Source: Felis catus
Lineage: Eukaryota
DNA length: 64,000 bases
Direction: 5' to 3'
Assembly: GCF_018350175.1 (NCBI RefSeq)
Contig: NC_058368.1
Span: 101,620,001-101,684,000 of the forward strand
The notes below the pieces were generated by a model. That model ran no database searches and was not told where the DNA came from. It was given only the letters and a program-made list of their open reading frames with translations. Of the stretch, positions 13,050 to 26,459 are shown piece after piece (the stretch's first letter is position 1; the number at the start of each line of letters is the position of its first letter). A program made the position numbers and the translations under genes.

Positions 13050-14480
13050 CTGTACAAAACATTTTTATAACAAAAATGTCTGGAAGATATTAACTTTATG
13101 ATTCTGTGTCTAAAGTTCTTTAGTAAAGAACAAAATCAAGAGCTGGTTGGAAAAGATCTATAAGAGACAAACCTCCATCAAGAGTGATCTAAACTAGATG
13201 AGAAGAGAGAGAAGACGAAGTACAGGAGAAACTTTCACATAATTACAGAGAGCACAGAATTAAAATAATTGAGAATATTATGAAGAAACATATGCATACT
13301 GTTCAAAAAGGGGAAATGAGTGATTTTTGAAAATGGCAAAGCTGATATGAGGAAGGAGAATATGAATAGACTGATAATCATTAAAAAACACTGACTGCAT
13401 TGGAGATTTAAGACCTCCTGCTATTAAAGTTTCATATCCAAAATACTTAGTAAGAGACTTTTACCAAGAAATTGAGCGGTAGAGTCTCCATATTATGCAG
13501 ATTGTTCCAGAAAATAGAAAAAGTTAAGCCATCCAACTCATTTAGAAGCTCCTGTAATCTTGGTTACAAAGCCAAATAAAATTATAAGCCTATTTCAGTT
13601 AGGAGCCTAGATGATAAATTCTAAGTAAAATGTTAATTACAAGAATTTAATAGTGTAATCAAAACAATAATATTTCACTTTCCATCTATCTTAATAGAAT
13701 TAAGATGTTCATATTACAAAAAAAAAATGCTGAATCGTCCGGAAAAGTATAACAAATCATTCTAAATATGTAACTGAGCTTTAAGAAAGTAAAGGTAATC
13801 ATTAGGAATCCAAAACGGAGGTAGGTGGTGATGCTGAAAACCAGAGAAACAAATATGAGTTGATGTTGTAGTTACCTTAGAGATGGGATACTAGTCTTAT
13901 TAACCAAAGGACTTGGTGTAAATGATGAAGCCAAACATGTCAAATGAAGTAGGAATTTTGAATTCGGAGGTGCTTAAAGTTTACGCCTTCAAGGATCTAT
14001 ACCCTGAGTGCAAAATGGACTAGAAAACTTATGGCATTTTTCTAGTCTTTTGTTAACTCACCAGCATAGAAGGAAAAAAAAAATTCTTTTCATAGAAGAA
14101 AAATACTTCTCAAAGAATGCTTAATTATGAGTATACTATAATGCACCTGTACATTCTTAATTGACATAAAAATCAGTCCTAAGACAATACTACCCCTGGA
14201 GTGCTTTAGGAGAAAATGTAAAATCATGCAAACAGCATAAATCAGGTTACAGTGAGTTTCTGCCAGTAATGTGTCATTAAAGTGGAGATCACATCCTCCA
14301 CAAAATAAAACATACCTGGAAATAATCAGTCAGTGGCCAGTGAAATTAGACTTCCAAGAAGTTCACAGATAGTTTTTTATGATACTTATATTACAAAAGC
14401 CGCACATTTTATATTCTTAAGGACTTCAGCATTCAAAAAGTGAGAAAAAGAATGGGAATAAATAAGTAAAATAGAAGACC
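13050..14480 (+). mobile_element. Highly decayed L1 fragments
   Basis: A-rich sequence with ORF2-like motifs (TTGTTCCAGAAAATAGAAAA...CCAACTCATTT); boundaries uncertain. Confidence 0.55.
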
Positions 14481-14484
14481 TAAA

Positions 14485-16730
14485 AGCTAAGTTCAGCATC
14501 GTGGCAGGATACAAGATAAACATATGAAATCAATTATATGTCTATATACTAGCAAAGAACACATAGAGACACTGAAATTAAAATACCATCTACAATTGCT
14601 CACCAGAATCAAATGCTCTAGCGGAGATCAAACAAAACTTGTACAGGATTCGTGTGCTGAAAAGTGCACAATACTGGTGAAAGAAGTTACAGGTCTACCA
14701 AAGTGGAGAAAAATCTGTGTTTCGGTATTGGAAGGCTCAACCAAATGATGATGTAAGATCTCCCCAGATTGATAAACAGCTTTAATAGAAATCCTGACTA
14801 AATGCCAATGATATATATATTTTTTTGTAGGTTGGGCCAAGGGTCTATAACACTTTTATGGAAAGAAAAAGGAACTAGAGTATCTAGAACGCTTTTGAAA
14901 AAGAAGAGAGTGGCAGGAATCCATCGCCCCAATCTCAAGTGTTACTGTGTAGCTACGATAATCATTATTATGTGCTGTTAGGGGTAGGATAGGCATACAG
15001 ATCACTGGAACAGCATAGAGTACCCAGACATGCGCACAAACATGCCTGACCGAGTCTTTACAAACATGCCAGAGCAAGTTCATGGACCTAAAACAGAAAT
15101 TTCACCAAATTATGCTGGATCAATTGCAGATCCGTTAAGTTAAAAAAAAAAAAAATAAACCTTGAACCTAGACCTCACACTTGAAGAAAAAGTTAAAATG
15201 AATTACGGACTTAGACGTAAACCAGAAAACTGAAACAAGTTTTAGGAGAAAATATAAGAGAAAGATTTCAAGATCCAGGGCCGGGCCAACGGTTTTAGAT
15301 TTGACTCTAAGACACGGTCTATAAAAGGAAAAACTGATAAATCGGTCTTTATGAAAATTGAAAAGTTTGCCCTGTGAAAGATTAAAAGAAGGTACCGAGG
15401 GGAAGAAAACCCGTGTATGTGACAAAGGACCGGTGAACCGCACATCAGACAAAAGGTTGGTTCCCTGGGTCTATAGAGGCGTCTCCAAACTCAACGGTAT
15501 AAAAGCAAGCAGTCCAATTATCACACGGGCAAAAGGTCTAGATGTTTCACTGAAGATACACAGATGGCAAATGAAGCACATGAAAAGATATTCAACATCA
15601 GTAGACAACAGGGGAATTCAAACCAGAACCACTAGGATAATATCACTACACACCTATCGGAATGGCTCAGATAAAAACTAGTGACAACATCATAGCCCGA
15701 TGAGAGGTGGGAGAAACTGGGTTACTTGTACATTGCTGATGGGAACGTGACGTGGTCCAACCACTCTGGGAAATAGTTTGGCAGTTTCTTTAGAAAACTA
15801 CTCATGCACCTAGCGTATGACACAGCCATTGCACTCTTGTCCCTTGGAACCAGATAAATGAAGACTTATGTTCACCTGTGTACACATGTGTATTGCAATT
15901 TTCTCTATAACAGTCCCAACCTGGAAACAACAGGTACATGGTTCATAAACTGGGATATCCACACTGTGGAATGCTCCGCTACAGTAAAAGGGAAAGAACT
16001 ATTGGTAGACAATGACCCGGATGAATCTCCAGAGACTTACGCTGAGTGAATAAAGCTAATCCCAACAGGTTCCATAATGTATGATTCCATTTATCTAACG
16101 TTATTGAAACGACAAAACTATAGAAATGAAGAAGAGGTTGGTGGCGCTAGGGGTTGAGATGGGAAGGAAGGAGATGTATTTATAAAAGTCAATGGGAGAG
16201 ATCCTTGTGGTGATGGAGTGTTCTTTATCTTGGTGATATTACCATCACGCTCCTGGTTGTGATGTTGTACTATAGCTTTGCGAAATATTACCGTTGGAGG
16301 AAGGTAGGTAAAGGGATCATGAGACGTTGCTATATTATTTCTTATAACTGCATGCTAATCCAAATTACAGCTGATGCTTGAGCAACATGGGTTTTAACTG
16401 CACTGGTCCACTTCCACATGTTTTGTTTTTGTTTTTGTAAGTGCAGTGCTGTAAATGTATTTTCTCTTCCGATTCTCTAAATAACATTTCCTATTCTCTA
16501 GCTTACTTTATTATAAAAAAATACAGTATTTAAGACACGTAAAATACAAAATACACGTGAATCAACTGTTTATTGGTAAGGCTTCTGGCTAACAGTAGGC
16601 TATTAGTAGTTAAGTTTTGAGGGAGTCGAAAGTTATATGTGGAATATTGACTACTTTGGAGCAGCACCCTATTTCCCATGTTATGCAAGTGTCAACTGTA
16701 TATCAAAATAAAAAAAAACTTAATTAAAAG
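14485..16730 (+). mobile_element. L1MC-like LINE-1, ORF2 3' part plus 3'UTR, decayed
   Basis: GCAGGATACAAGATAAACATA; ORF 15358 translates KHMKRYSTS...GIQTRTT like the ORF2 C-terminus; L1MC-type 3'UTR (CCTTGTGGTGATGGA...TGTACTATAG...TATAACTGCATG) and A-rich end. Confidence 0.9.
16368..16698. mobile_element. Tigger2a/MER28-like TcMar DNA transposon inserted in the L1 3' end
   Basis: TA|CAGCTGATGCTTGAGCAACATGGG...CCCATGTTATGCAAGTGTCAACTG|TA gives terminal inverted repeats and a TA TSD; internal CAGTAGGCTATTAGTAGTTAAGTTTT. Confidence 0.9.
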
Positions 16731-16919
16731 GCATAAAGCATCAAAACACAGAGTGGGTCCAATAAAAAGAAAAAAGTGGTTATCCTGGGTCAGACGGCAG
16801 ATATGATCACCAAGCAGACTGACTCCTCTCAGTAGAAACAGAGATACTTTTCAGTACATGCCTCTTTCTTAACACACTTGGAGGAAAATGCACAAATCCT
16901 ACGTTTGTATCTTGATGAC

Positions 16920-17390
16920 TTATGACAAAATTGACCCACCCCTGTAGCTACCACTCAGACTGAGAACTAGGATATAACCAAACTCCAGAAATTCTCCTTG
17001 TGTTATAATTTCTTCCTGTCACCCTTACTTACAAATGTAACCACTGAGTTTAAGTACCATAGCATAGTTTCAGCTGTTTTCAAGTTTTATGAAAATGGAA
17101 TCATAAATTACTCTTTTGTGTCTGGCTATTGAAACCTAATGTTAACATTTACGAGGTTCATCTGTGATGCTGTGTGTAGCAATAATTTGTCCATTTTTAT
17201 TGCTGTATATTATCCTGTTATATAAACTATAGCTTATTCATTTTACTCTTTATAGACGTTTGATTTTTTTCCCCCAGATGTCAACCATTCTAAATAATGT
17301 TGCCACAGAAATTATTTTTTTTCTGTGACTTTTGGTGCACATAGGTACACATTTTTTCTTGGGTGAATCAATGAAGATGAAATTGCATTT
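16920..17390 (-). mobile_element. L1ME-like 3' fragment
   Basis: AAATGGAATCATA...CTCTTTTGTGTCTGGCT...TTCATCTGTGATGCTGTGTGTAGCAATA. Confidence 0.75.
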
Positions 17391-17402
17391 CTTTAGAACA
17401 AA

Positions 17403-17612
17403 TTTTGTTAATGTTTATGTATTTTTGAGAGAGAGAGAAAGGGGGTAGAGAGAATGAGTGGGGGAAGGGCAGAGAGAGAGGAAGACAGAGGATCTGAAGT
17501 GGGCTCCATACTTATAGCAGAGAGCCTGATGTGGGGCTCGAACTCACCAACCACGAGATCATGACCTGAGCTGCAGTCAGATACTTAACCCACTGAGCCA
17601 CCCGGGTGCCCC
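17403..17612 (-). mobile_element. Can-SINE
   Basis: SINE body; degenerate TSD AAAYTGCATTTCTT. Confidence 0.95.
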
Positions 17613-17614
17613 AA

Positions 17615-17720
17615 AACTGCATTTCTTCTAAGGCAAGTTTAGTGATGATGAACTCCCTCACCTTTATTTTCCTTCATTTCTGAAGTGAAGTTTTGCTAGA
17701 TATGGTATTTTTGGTTGGTC

Positions 17721-17760
<40 letters not shown>

Positions 17761-19790
17761 CCTTTCAGCCTTGAGTCAGAATTTGGGACACATGCTCTGC
17801 TCTTCTGTTTCCTCAGGGAGTGGCCATGGAGCTGGATCATCTTGACAACTCTACCACAGGTCCTCAGGAACATCGTCGGGCTGGCCAGCTCTTTTTGTCA
17901 TTCAGCATCGCCCGGGTATCTAGAGTACGTTTTGTCCTATCAGCTCTCTGACACAGGAGACCAATACAGGTCCTGCTGGAAGCCCCCAGAAAGGACAGTA
18001 TGTTGGACCTATGTTTTGCTCTTTCACTTCCCAGGAGAAGCTGGGAATTGGGTGATTTTCTCCCGCATTCCACACTGCGCTGGGGAAGGGAATATGGCAC
18101 GTGAGTGCCATGAACCCCTTTTCCCTTGGTCCCAGATTTGGTGCTCTTTCCTGTCAGTGCTCAAATTGTGGAAACCGGTCCCTCAGGCAGCTCCTCCAAA
18201 AGTCGAATGTTAGACACTAATATGTGTCGGTCTTCTCTTTTACTCCCCAGAAGGAAGCTGGGAGCTGGGAGTTTTCTCCTGATGGTGCCATGTTGAGTAG
18301 GGGGAAGAATCGAGGTGAGCGAGTGTCATGAATTTTCCTACTGGCTCCAGGGTGGCTGGTTTTGTGCTTTTGTGGGGTACAGTGTTTTCTTAATTGGTTT
18401 CTAGGTTTCTCACAAAAGACAATCGGTGCATGTACTGTTGTTGAGCCATTTCTGTGGGGGGAAACAGGGTCTGGGGCTTCCTGTTTTGCTGCCTTACTCT
18501 GGTACTCTCTGTTCTTACACTGGTTTCTTTGTCTACTTTTGCACGAATACATAGCTGTTTTCATTAAAATAGCTTTGTATCCAGTCATAGAAGTTATCCA
18601 GTTTGTTTGTTGCAAGAAGTCCTGGCTATTATTAATCTTTTTTTTTTTTTTTTTGTTTCCATATAACATTTAAGCTAGCCGGTTTCCACACACACCCCTG
18701 TTGGGATTTTGTTTGGAATTTTATTGAATCTATAGGCCAGCCAGGGAAAATGGCTAGCTTTCCAGCATTCGTTCACCAGCCATGAACATACCACATCTTA
18801 CTACTTACTTAGGTCTTCTTTAATTTCACTCAGTAGTATTTTGTAGGATTTTGTGTCGTTCTCATTAGATTTACTCCAAGCCGTTGGGTGACTCGAACAT
18901 CTTACTATAGATGTTCTTTCAGTTTTAAGAATTTAAATTCTGTTTCTTACTAGTTTTTAGACCTGAAACAGATTTTGAATATGGTGATTGCTCTGACTTC
19001 TTGTATTCATTCTAGAAGTTTACCTGCAGAGTCTTTTTTGATTTTTTAATGTACTTATTATGCCAAGTAGGAAAAAGTAACCGTTTTGGTTTTCTTCGTC
19101 CAGTCTTTTTTATCATGTTTTTCTTGCCATGCCCTATGGTCGTAGCTAGGACAGTGGAGATTAAGTGGTGGCAGAAGGGGTGCCTGGGCGGCTCAATCGG
19201 TTAAGTGTCTGATTCTTGGTTTCGACTCAATTCATAATCTCACGGTTTGTAGGTTTGAGCCCACATTGAGCTCTGTGCTGACAGTGTGGAGCCTGCTTGG
19301 GATTCTCTCCCTCCCTCTCTCTCTGCCCCTTCCCCACTCATGTGCACCCTCTCTCCCTCTCTCTCAAAATAAATAAATAAACTGAAAAGAAATCTATATA
19401 AAAAAAAAAGAATGGCAGTAGACATTCATATCTTGTCTTCATTCTCAGAGGTAAAGCTTCCAGAATTTTGCCATTCAGTATAATTTTGCAGTAGGATTCA
19501 CAGATTTTTTTTATACAGTAAGCTCTCCCTGTCCATTTCTAGTATAGTAGCATTTCTAAAGTCATGAATAGATGTTTGATTTAATAAAATCATTTTCCTG
19601 CATCTACTGAGATGATCATGTGATCTTCTAATTCAATCTTTTGATGTCGTGAATTACATTGATTTTCAAATGTTCAATCAGCAGCCCATCTTACTAGAAT
19701 AAACCAGATTTCATCTTGATATATTGTCCTTTTTGCATACCTTTGTACTTTGTTAATACATATTTTATATAGGGTTTTTACATCTTGAAT
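17615..19790 (-). mobile_element. Mosaic of old L1 pieces (ORF1 end, 5'UTR-like segment, ORF2), interrupted by a SINE
   Basis: AGTTTTGCTAGATATGGTATTTTTGGTTGG; TTGGGATTTTGTTTGGAATTTTATTGAATCTATAG; TTTTCCTGCATCTACTGAGATGATCATGTG. Confidence 0.75.
19177..19409 (+). mobile_element. Can-SINE
   Basis: GGGGTGCCTGGGCGGCTCAATCGG head and A-rich tail. Confidence 0.95.
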
Positions 19791-20389
19791 CCTTATCTTA
19801 GGGTCTGCCTCTGGGAAAACCTACAATAAGACAAATCATTTAGGATTCAGTTTCAAGTCACAAAAGACAGCCATCCTTAAACAAACAGTGGTTTATTTTT
19901 CTTACGTAACAAAAACGATAGTGCTTATGGTGGACAGAATGGATTCACTTACTTGCTGATGCCGTCGATGCCTGGTTTCTTTCTCGCTGCCTTCTCTACT
20001 ATCTTCATTATTGCCTTTTTATCTTCACGGTTGTTACTTCATACTGTATCTTGGAGCCTCACAATCTCACACTTCACGAGGAAAGGAAGAGGCAGGGTGA
20101 GGCTTTCCCCAAGCGTAGCTACTTGTCCAAGAAGAAGGGAAGGTCCCACGCGCATGTCCTTTTATGTCTCTTCACCAGAAACGGGTCCTACACTGATACC
20201 CAGAGAAATCACTGGTGGCGGTGGGCTGAATTCCTTTGACTGGATGAAATCAATTGTAATTCAACTTCTAGGGTCAGAGAGATACTTATTTTCCCTTGAC
20301 ATCGAGGGCTCTATCTCGGTTATAGTCTCTCTTTTGCTAGCCAGGGAAAAGAGGGGAGTCATATCCGCTATGAATAGTTCAAGGAAGAA

Positions 20390-21500
20390 TAATTTTCCGT
20401 GGCTCTCACATATGAAAAGAGGTGCAAAAATTCTTACCAAGTGCTAGTGAATTGAATCTAGTGACTAAAAAATGTCATAATGTGGTTGAGTTTATTTCAG
20501 AAAAATGTAAGTAAATCTTGAAAGGTAAGATGACTACAAAGCCGTAGAAATGACACGGGATGGTGCAGAAACATGTAAATAGATCTGTGGACTAGAATAA
20601 GTGCTCCAAAAAAGTCCATGGTTGCTTTAGAATCCGATGTGTGTAGGAGGGGAACCTAATAGAAAAGGGTGGTTTCTTTATTAGATGAAAGTGAGCAAAC
20701 AGAGCACTATTAGAGCAAAATAGAATTAGTTCTCAAAAATACAGTTTAGATTAATTATAGGCTTAAGAATAAAAGGTAAAACTATAAAGTGAATAAAGAG
20801 TATATCAGAAACTATCTCCGTAATTCTGAGTGGTGGAAGAATTATTCGTTAAACCTCAAAAATTACAAAGCATATAAGATTTTTAAAAAGTGATAAATTT
20901 GACTACGTTAAAAATCATAAGTTTCTATTTCATGAAGGGCACCGTCAATAAAGTCAGTTTATAGGGAATTGGCTAGGAAACATTATCTGAGAAGTCAAAA
21001 ACCGGCCAGGAACAATATCTATAATTTTAAAACTGTTACGGGAAAGAGGAAACCCAGAACAATGGATAAAGCAGAGACAATAGGCTCAAAGAGCTAATCT
21101 GGTGGACGATCTGGAGATGCTTAGTTTAACTTAGTACGTGTAGGTCTCATGATACATTCATTCCACTCATGTGGAACTTGTGTTCTGGTCCCTGAGGCAT
21201 GTATAAGAATGTTCGAGAAAGCATTATTTGTAATGCAGGGTGTGGTTGACAACCTAGGTATCTATCTTTAGGGAAATAAATGGCTGAAATGTTGTGGATA
21301 CTGACAGAGGTAACAAATCAGAAATAGTATTAGGAACTCTTTCCAGAGAAAGAAATCTTTCAAACATGGTGTTGAGAGGAAAATGTGAGGTAACAGGACC
21401 TATAACATAGTTTACTTAGGCAAATTTAAAACAAACACACAACAAAACAGCACTGTATTTCAAATATACCTAAGTCGTCCAAGAAAAATGTTAAGCACAT
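20390..21500 (+). mobile_element. Decayed L1ME-like fragments
   Basis: GATAAATTTGACTACGTTAAAA; ATGTATAAGAATGTTC...GCATTATTTGTAAT. Confidence 0.65.
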
Positions 21501-22201
21501 TATAGTGCTTTCCTACAGATGGAGGGGTGGATTGGGAGTGGAGATTGAGAATAAGGAAAAATAAAGTAAAACAAGATGAAGGCCTTGCATGGATGGTTGA
21601 TGATGGTTGTGTTAGGAACTTGGGAATACCACCAACTCGGTTATCTGTGTTTTAGATTATATGTTTATTAGCTAAGTCATATGAAGTTTCTCACTTACAT
21701 GCTAGCTCTTAATCAGGTACATGGCCGTGATTTTACATATTTGTTGCCAGGATATAAAGTTTAAGCAGAGGCTTTCCTGTGATTGTTTAATTTCTAGAAG
21801 CCAGTATGTACCATACTATGTTCTAGAGTGTTCTAAGGCCACTGTAAACAAATGGGTATCTTCCTCCAGAGTCACGCTTTTAAATTATCGATGGGAATAT
21901 ATTGTCTTTATCAATGACAAATGTTAACATTTAAAAACTCTTCTGGGATAAAGATCAGGTTTTCACTATTTTTTCCATTTTCCTAAAACTGAAGTTTGCA
22001 AAGAAGTTTGAAAGAATTATACCTTAGTCTGAAGACATTTTAAAAGTGAAGATTTGACAGGTATCATAGTAATGAGAAGACTTTCCATGTAAACTCTCTC
22101 CTTGAATTACTGGGTCCATTTCCTTGTCCCATTTATAAACTAAATTTACTCTCTTCCTGATGAAATTATTATTATTATTTTTTAAAGGATTTTTTTAAAA
22201 A

Positions 22202-22412
22202 TTTTTTTTCAACGTTTATTTATTTTTGGGACAGAGAGAGACAGAGCATGAACGGGGGAGGGGCAGAGAGAGAGGGAGACACAGAATCGGAAACAGGCTC
22301 CAGGCTCTGAGCCGTCAGCCCAGAGCCCAACGTGGGGCTCGAACTCACGGACCGCGAGATTGTGACCTGGCTGAAGTCGGACGCTTAACCGACTGCGCCA
22401 CCCAGGCGCCCC
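22202..22412 (-). mobile_element. Young felid SINEC_Fc-type SINE
   Basis: Near-identical to the copies at 4696 and 5668. Confidence 0.97.
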
Positions 22413-22466
22413 AGAAAAGCTATTTTTAAATTACATAATTATGCGTGCTTTTTTGATTGCTTCTAC

Positions 22467-22570
22467 CATTCATTCATTCATTCATTCATTCATTCATTCA
22501 AATAAACATTGTGTGAGTGCTTATTGTATTGCAGACTCTGCATTAGGGCTATACATAAGCAAATAAGACA
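22467..22570 (-). mobile_element. L2 3' end with (CATT)n
   Basis: (CATT)n CAAATAAACATT...GAGTGCTTATTGTATTGCAGAC. Confidence 0.75.
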
Positions 22571-23443
22571 TGCTTAGGAATTCCTGGTGTTTTGAATGCT
22601 AAAATAAACGCAGAAAGAAGCATAGAAGCCGGGTGGAATATGCTTCTGGTCCTCTGGGAGGGGTTCCCAGCTCAGCCGTCTGACAGTTATGGAGACTGTT
22701 ATGGAGACACAAGTTATGGAGACAACCATCCAGAACCTGTTCAGTGGCTTTGGCTGTGCTGCAGAAGCTCTCAGCAAAGAAGTCAGGCCCTGCTTGGCTA
22801 GGGAAGCTGGGTTTCTGGGCTCCCAGTCAGGCCTGAGCCAACTCTAGCTCTCCGAGTCAGAGCTGGCAGCTGGAGTCCCCGCCTGCCTCCTGAGTTTCAG
22901 GGATGGCCTGATGGGCACAGAACGAGAGAATGGAATCTGGGCGACAGGGCCGGGCAAGAGTGTCCCGCATGGCGTCTCTTCTGTAAACCTGTGTGGTCTG
23001 ATTCGGGGGCGGTGAGCAATGACTTTCTGAATTGTGAAGGGCTAGAAATGATTCTGTAGGTTCTAATGGAGAATCTTGGAAAACAATGTGTCCGGGCCTA
23101 AGGGGCGGCAGGAAAAGGAAACGCTACCGGCAAGTTCTTTTGGATTCAGTTTTATGACCCACCAAAAACCATGTTGCATTACAATTGTTAAAATAACGTG
23201 TGCATTGATTTCACAATTCTTGCTTCAGGACTAAGAGTTGAAGGATATCTGGTAGCCAGCCCTTTTCATGCAAAATTGCCACCGAGTGAATTGGGTCCAG
23301 GAAGGAGGTGTGAGAAGTGTCTAACAGCAACTGCCATCTGTCCAGATCCAAATATCTGCATTCTTTTCCTTTTTCCTTTTTTCTTTTTCAATGTAGTGTT
23401 GGTGTCTCCTAAGTTGGAAGTATTGTTAAGAAAAAGGCCAAAA

Positions 23444-23669
23444 GGGGCGCCTGGGTGGCTCAGTCAGTTAAAGCGGCCGACTTCAGCTCAGGTCATGATC
23501 TCGCGATCCGTGAGTTCGAGCCCCGCGTCAGGCTCTGTGCTGACAGCTCAGAGCCTGGAGCCTGCTTCAGATTCTGTGTCTCCCTCTCTCTCTGACCCTC
23601 CCCCGTTCATGCTCTGTCTCTCTCTGTCTCAAAAATAAATAAACGTTAAAAAAAATTAAAAAAAAAAAG
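23444..23669 (+). mobile_element. Can-SINE
   Basis: Near-consensus; 16-bp TSD AAGAAAAAGGCCAAAA at 23428-23443 and 23670-23685. Confidence 0.97.
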
Positions 23670-23899
23670 AAGAAAAAGGCCAAAAAAGCAAACTCCAGGT
23701 ATGGGAAGAAAATAGCTTTCCATGAGCTGAATTTTCTTTTTCTTTCCAACCCATAACCTTCCAATCTGTCTCTGCGGTATCTGACTGGTGGATAGATGAG
23801 GAAAGAAGGAAACATTTGAAGTAACTGACTCTTCATTGAGGTATTTTGTGAAATACTGTTTGGCTGTAGATCACGGTTTTAGCATATCTTTGTCATATA

Positions 23900-24065
23900 T
23901 ATAATTTTGCGCATCCTTGGATAAGTTATTTAATATTTGTGAGATTCAGTTTCCTTACCTGGAAAATGAAGCTATTTGGCCACACCAAGATCTAAATGAA
24001 ATAATGTTTATTGCATTTAACTAGGCAATGACTGGCGCTTGGCCAACACTCAATAAATTCTAGCT
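23900..24065 (+). mobile_element. MIR remnant
   Basis: CCTTGGATAAGTTATTTAA...TCAGTTTCCTTACCTGGAAAATG core. Confidence 0.7.
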
Positions 24066-24933
24066 CTTAGAGTAGGGTCAAAATGTACACATAATGACTG
24101 ATGGGTTTTTCTACAAGAAAATTCCGTTTTCTGTAATTAAGCACACAGTGTCCTTGAGTCTCCCAGTCTGCCTTGACCTGACCACTTACTCTTTCCTAGT
24201 CATATATTCTCGGTCCAATCCGTGACTTAGCCCAATTCAAATGTTTTCTAGAAAATAGAAAAAAAATCTATCTCTAGAAAATTCTACTTCTAGAAAGTAG
24301 AAAAAAATCTATTTTCATAGAAGAGGTTATGTATGATTCTGGCATCAGGAAAGTCATACATGGTCTTGTTGGCATCTACTTGAATTTTCTCAACCTGTTT
24401 GGACTTTGGGCACCAGTCTCTGTTACTGTGGAAACTTGGTGTGCCTGTTCCCTGAACTTCCTGACCTGGCATCCACTGATGCCAGTGGTTGACCCAACTG
24501 GCCTCGGGGGTGGCATGGTGGTAATTGGCCTTTGCCTTTAACTGCAAAACTCTCCCTTTGGCAGCTATCCCTCTCTTGACCTCAGACATCTTTCTGCTTA
24601 CCTACCACCCCCCAACTCCCACATTACTATTTTTCCCAAATGGTGGGAAGGGTCAAGAACTCTTGATTACTTTTCCTGTATCACCCTAGTGTAGAACATA
24701 GTAGTTGCCCTTATGCTTACCTTTGCTCAGGTATTGCTACTCTAACTTTTTCGTGTTGAAGGTGGCGCTTTTCTAAGATGCTTGCCGTCATCCTAGGTTA
24801 GGAGAGGAGAGGCAGCAGCCCCGATATTTGTGAATTCAGGCCTGAACTGTCCGGGTAGTTCTTTCTCTCACAGGTTTTTATTGTTGCTGTTTGACCTTCT
24901 GAGTAGTGAGTTAGGAACTTTGAGTCTGGGTAC

Positions 24934-24959
24934 TTTTTTTTTTTTTAATTTTTATTTAT

Positions 24960-25001
<42 letters not shown>

Positions 25002-25166
25002 CAGGGGAAGAGCAGAGAGAGAGGGAGAGATAGAGAGAATGCCAAGCATGCCCTGTGCCATCAGCGCAGAGCCCGGCATGGGGCTTGAACCCATGAACCG
25101 TGAGATCGTGACCTGAGCCGAAATCGAGAGTTGGATGCTTAACTGACTGAGCTACCCAGGAGCCCC
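24934..25166 (-). mobile_element. Can-SINE
   Basis: T tail, (GA)n linker, SINE body. Confidence 0.95.
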
Positions 25167-26149
25167 TGGATACTTTCTGTCTTGCCCTCTGCTCCGTGTT
25201 CCTCTCCTGGTCCCTGGAAAGGCTTATTGGGTCCTGTGTAGCAGGGACGTCATTACTTCATATGCCCCATCCTTCCTCTTTTATGAGTCGTTGTAAAAAT
25301 TCTGTGCTATGGTTGTCCATGCTTAGGTCTTGACATATAATGCTTAGAGTTTCTTAGACACATCTTTTTTTTTCCCCTTTAGCTTGCCTAACTATTGAAC
25401 GTCAAAGAAAATGTAGAAGGAAAAAAGACACGAAGAGAAGAGTTTTGGTAGCTAGTTTAAGCAGAAGATGTTTAATGAGGTGCTTACCAAATAGTCAGAG
25501 GGCCCGAAACAAAGTCTTGGCAGGGCTTCCAGGACTAAATCAGAACGGTGCCAGAAACTGCCCGTCACAGTGGCTCATCTGCACCTCTGTGGGGAATCTG
25601 CCATGCAGATGTTTGTTTCTGGACTCTCCCATCTCAGACAGGATCCAAACCGTGAAAACAGGGGCTCTGGTCCTGCTTCTTCACATTCACAATGCCAAGG
25701 ACCAGACCCTGGGTTCTTTATTTCTCCTGCTACAGAAAAATCTAAACATTCCATGGCTCTTCCTGGCAATGCGAGGAAGCAGCAGAAGCTCACGCTCTGT
25801 GCCCCCTGTCTGCCTCCCGCATCACAAGCAACACATCTACCTGGTAGAGACCAACAGTGGATGGAACCCAAGCTACACAGGGCCTGGGCCGTCCTTAGCT
25901 CTCTCTCCCCGGTGGTCAGTGCCCTACACCTCAAGAAGGCTGGATTGGAGTTGTGAGAGAAAATCCATGCTCAATGTCACAGGGAGGGAGGTTAGAAAGT
26001 CAGCGGGTTAGAAGTGTGAGATGCAATCTGTGTGGGAGATTGTGGAGGGAGGGAAGGGTGAGGATTTTGAGAGCCCCTGTCATCTGCTCTCTGTGTAGAT
26101 TTTTTTCCCCCTAATAAGTGCTACTTATATAAATATTCATGAGTTCAAC

Positions 26150-26424
26150 CTTCTTCGGACTAGAGCGGGAGCAAATCTCTTTCAAAGTCAAACAGTCGAT
26201 GTGTCCGGGATCCTGATGAATAACTTTTTCATGTATTTGCCTCAAACAGGTGTTGATTACGTAAAGTTTGATTCCATGAGTATTTATGGAACATGTGCTA
26301 TATATTTAAAGCACTTTGGTTAGTAAGGAGGAGATTTACATTTCTTCATTTGTTCTTTTTTCTTTGAGATTGTGTTTTTTAATGTGTATTTATGTTGAGA
26401 GAGAGACATGAGTGAGGGCAGGGC

Positions 26425-26459
<35 letters not shown>

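Noticed and set aside
19953..20447. 164-aa ORF
   Set aside because: Non-ATG start, overlaps an MLT1-like/L1 remnant, no recognisable domain
24290..24589. 99-aa minus-strand ORF
   Set aside because: No recognisable homology or convincing splice sites
25445..26011. 188-aa ORF with overlapping ORFs on both strands
   Set aside because: No recognisable protein or splice context; the region looks like an old LTR-type repeat that I could not name
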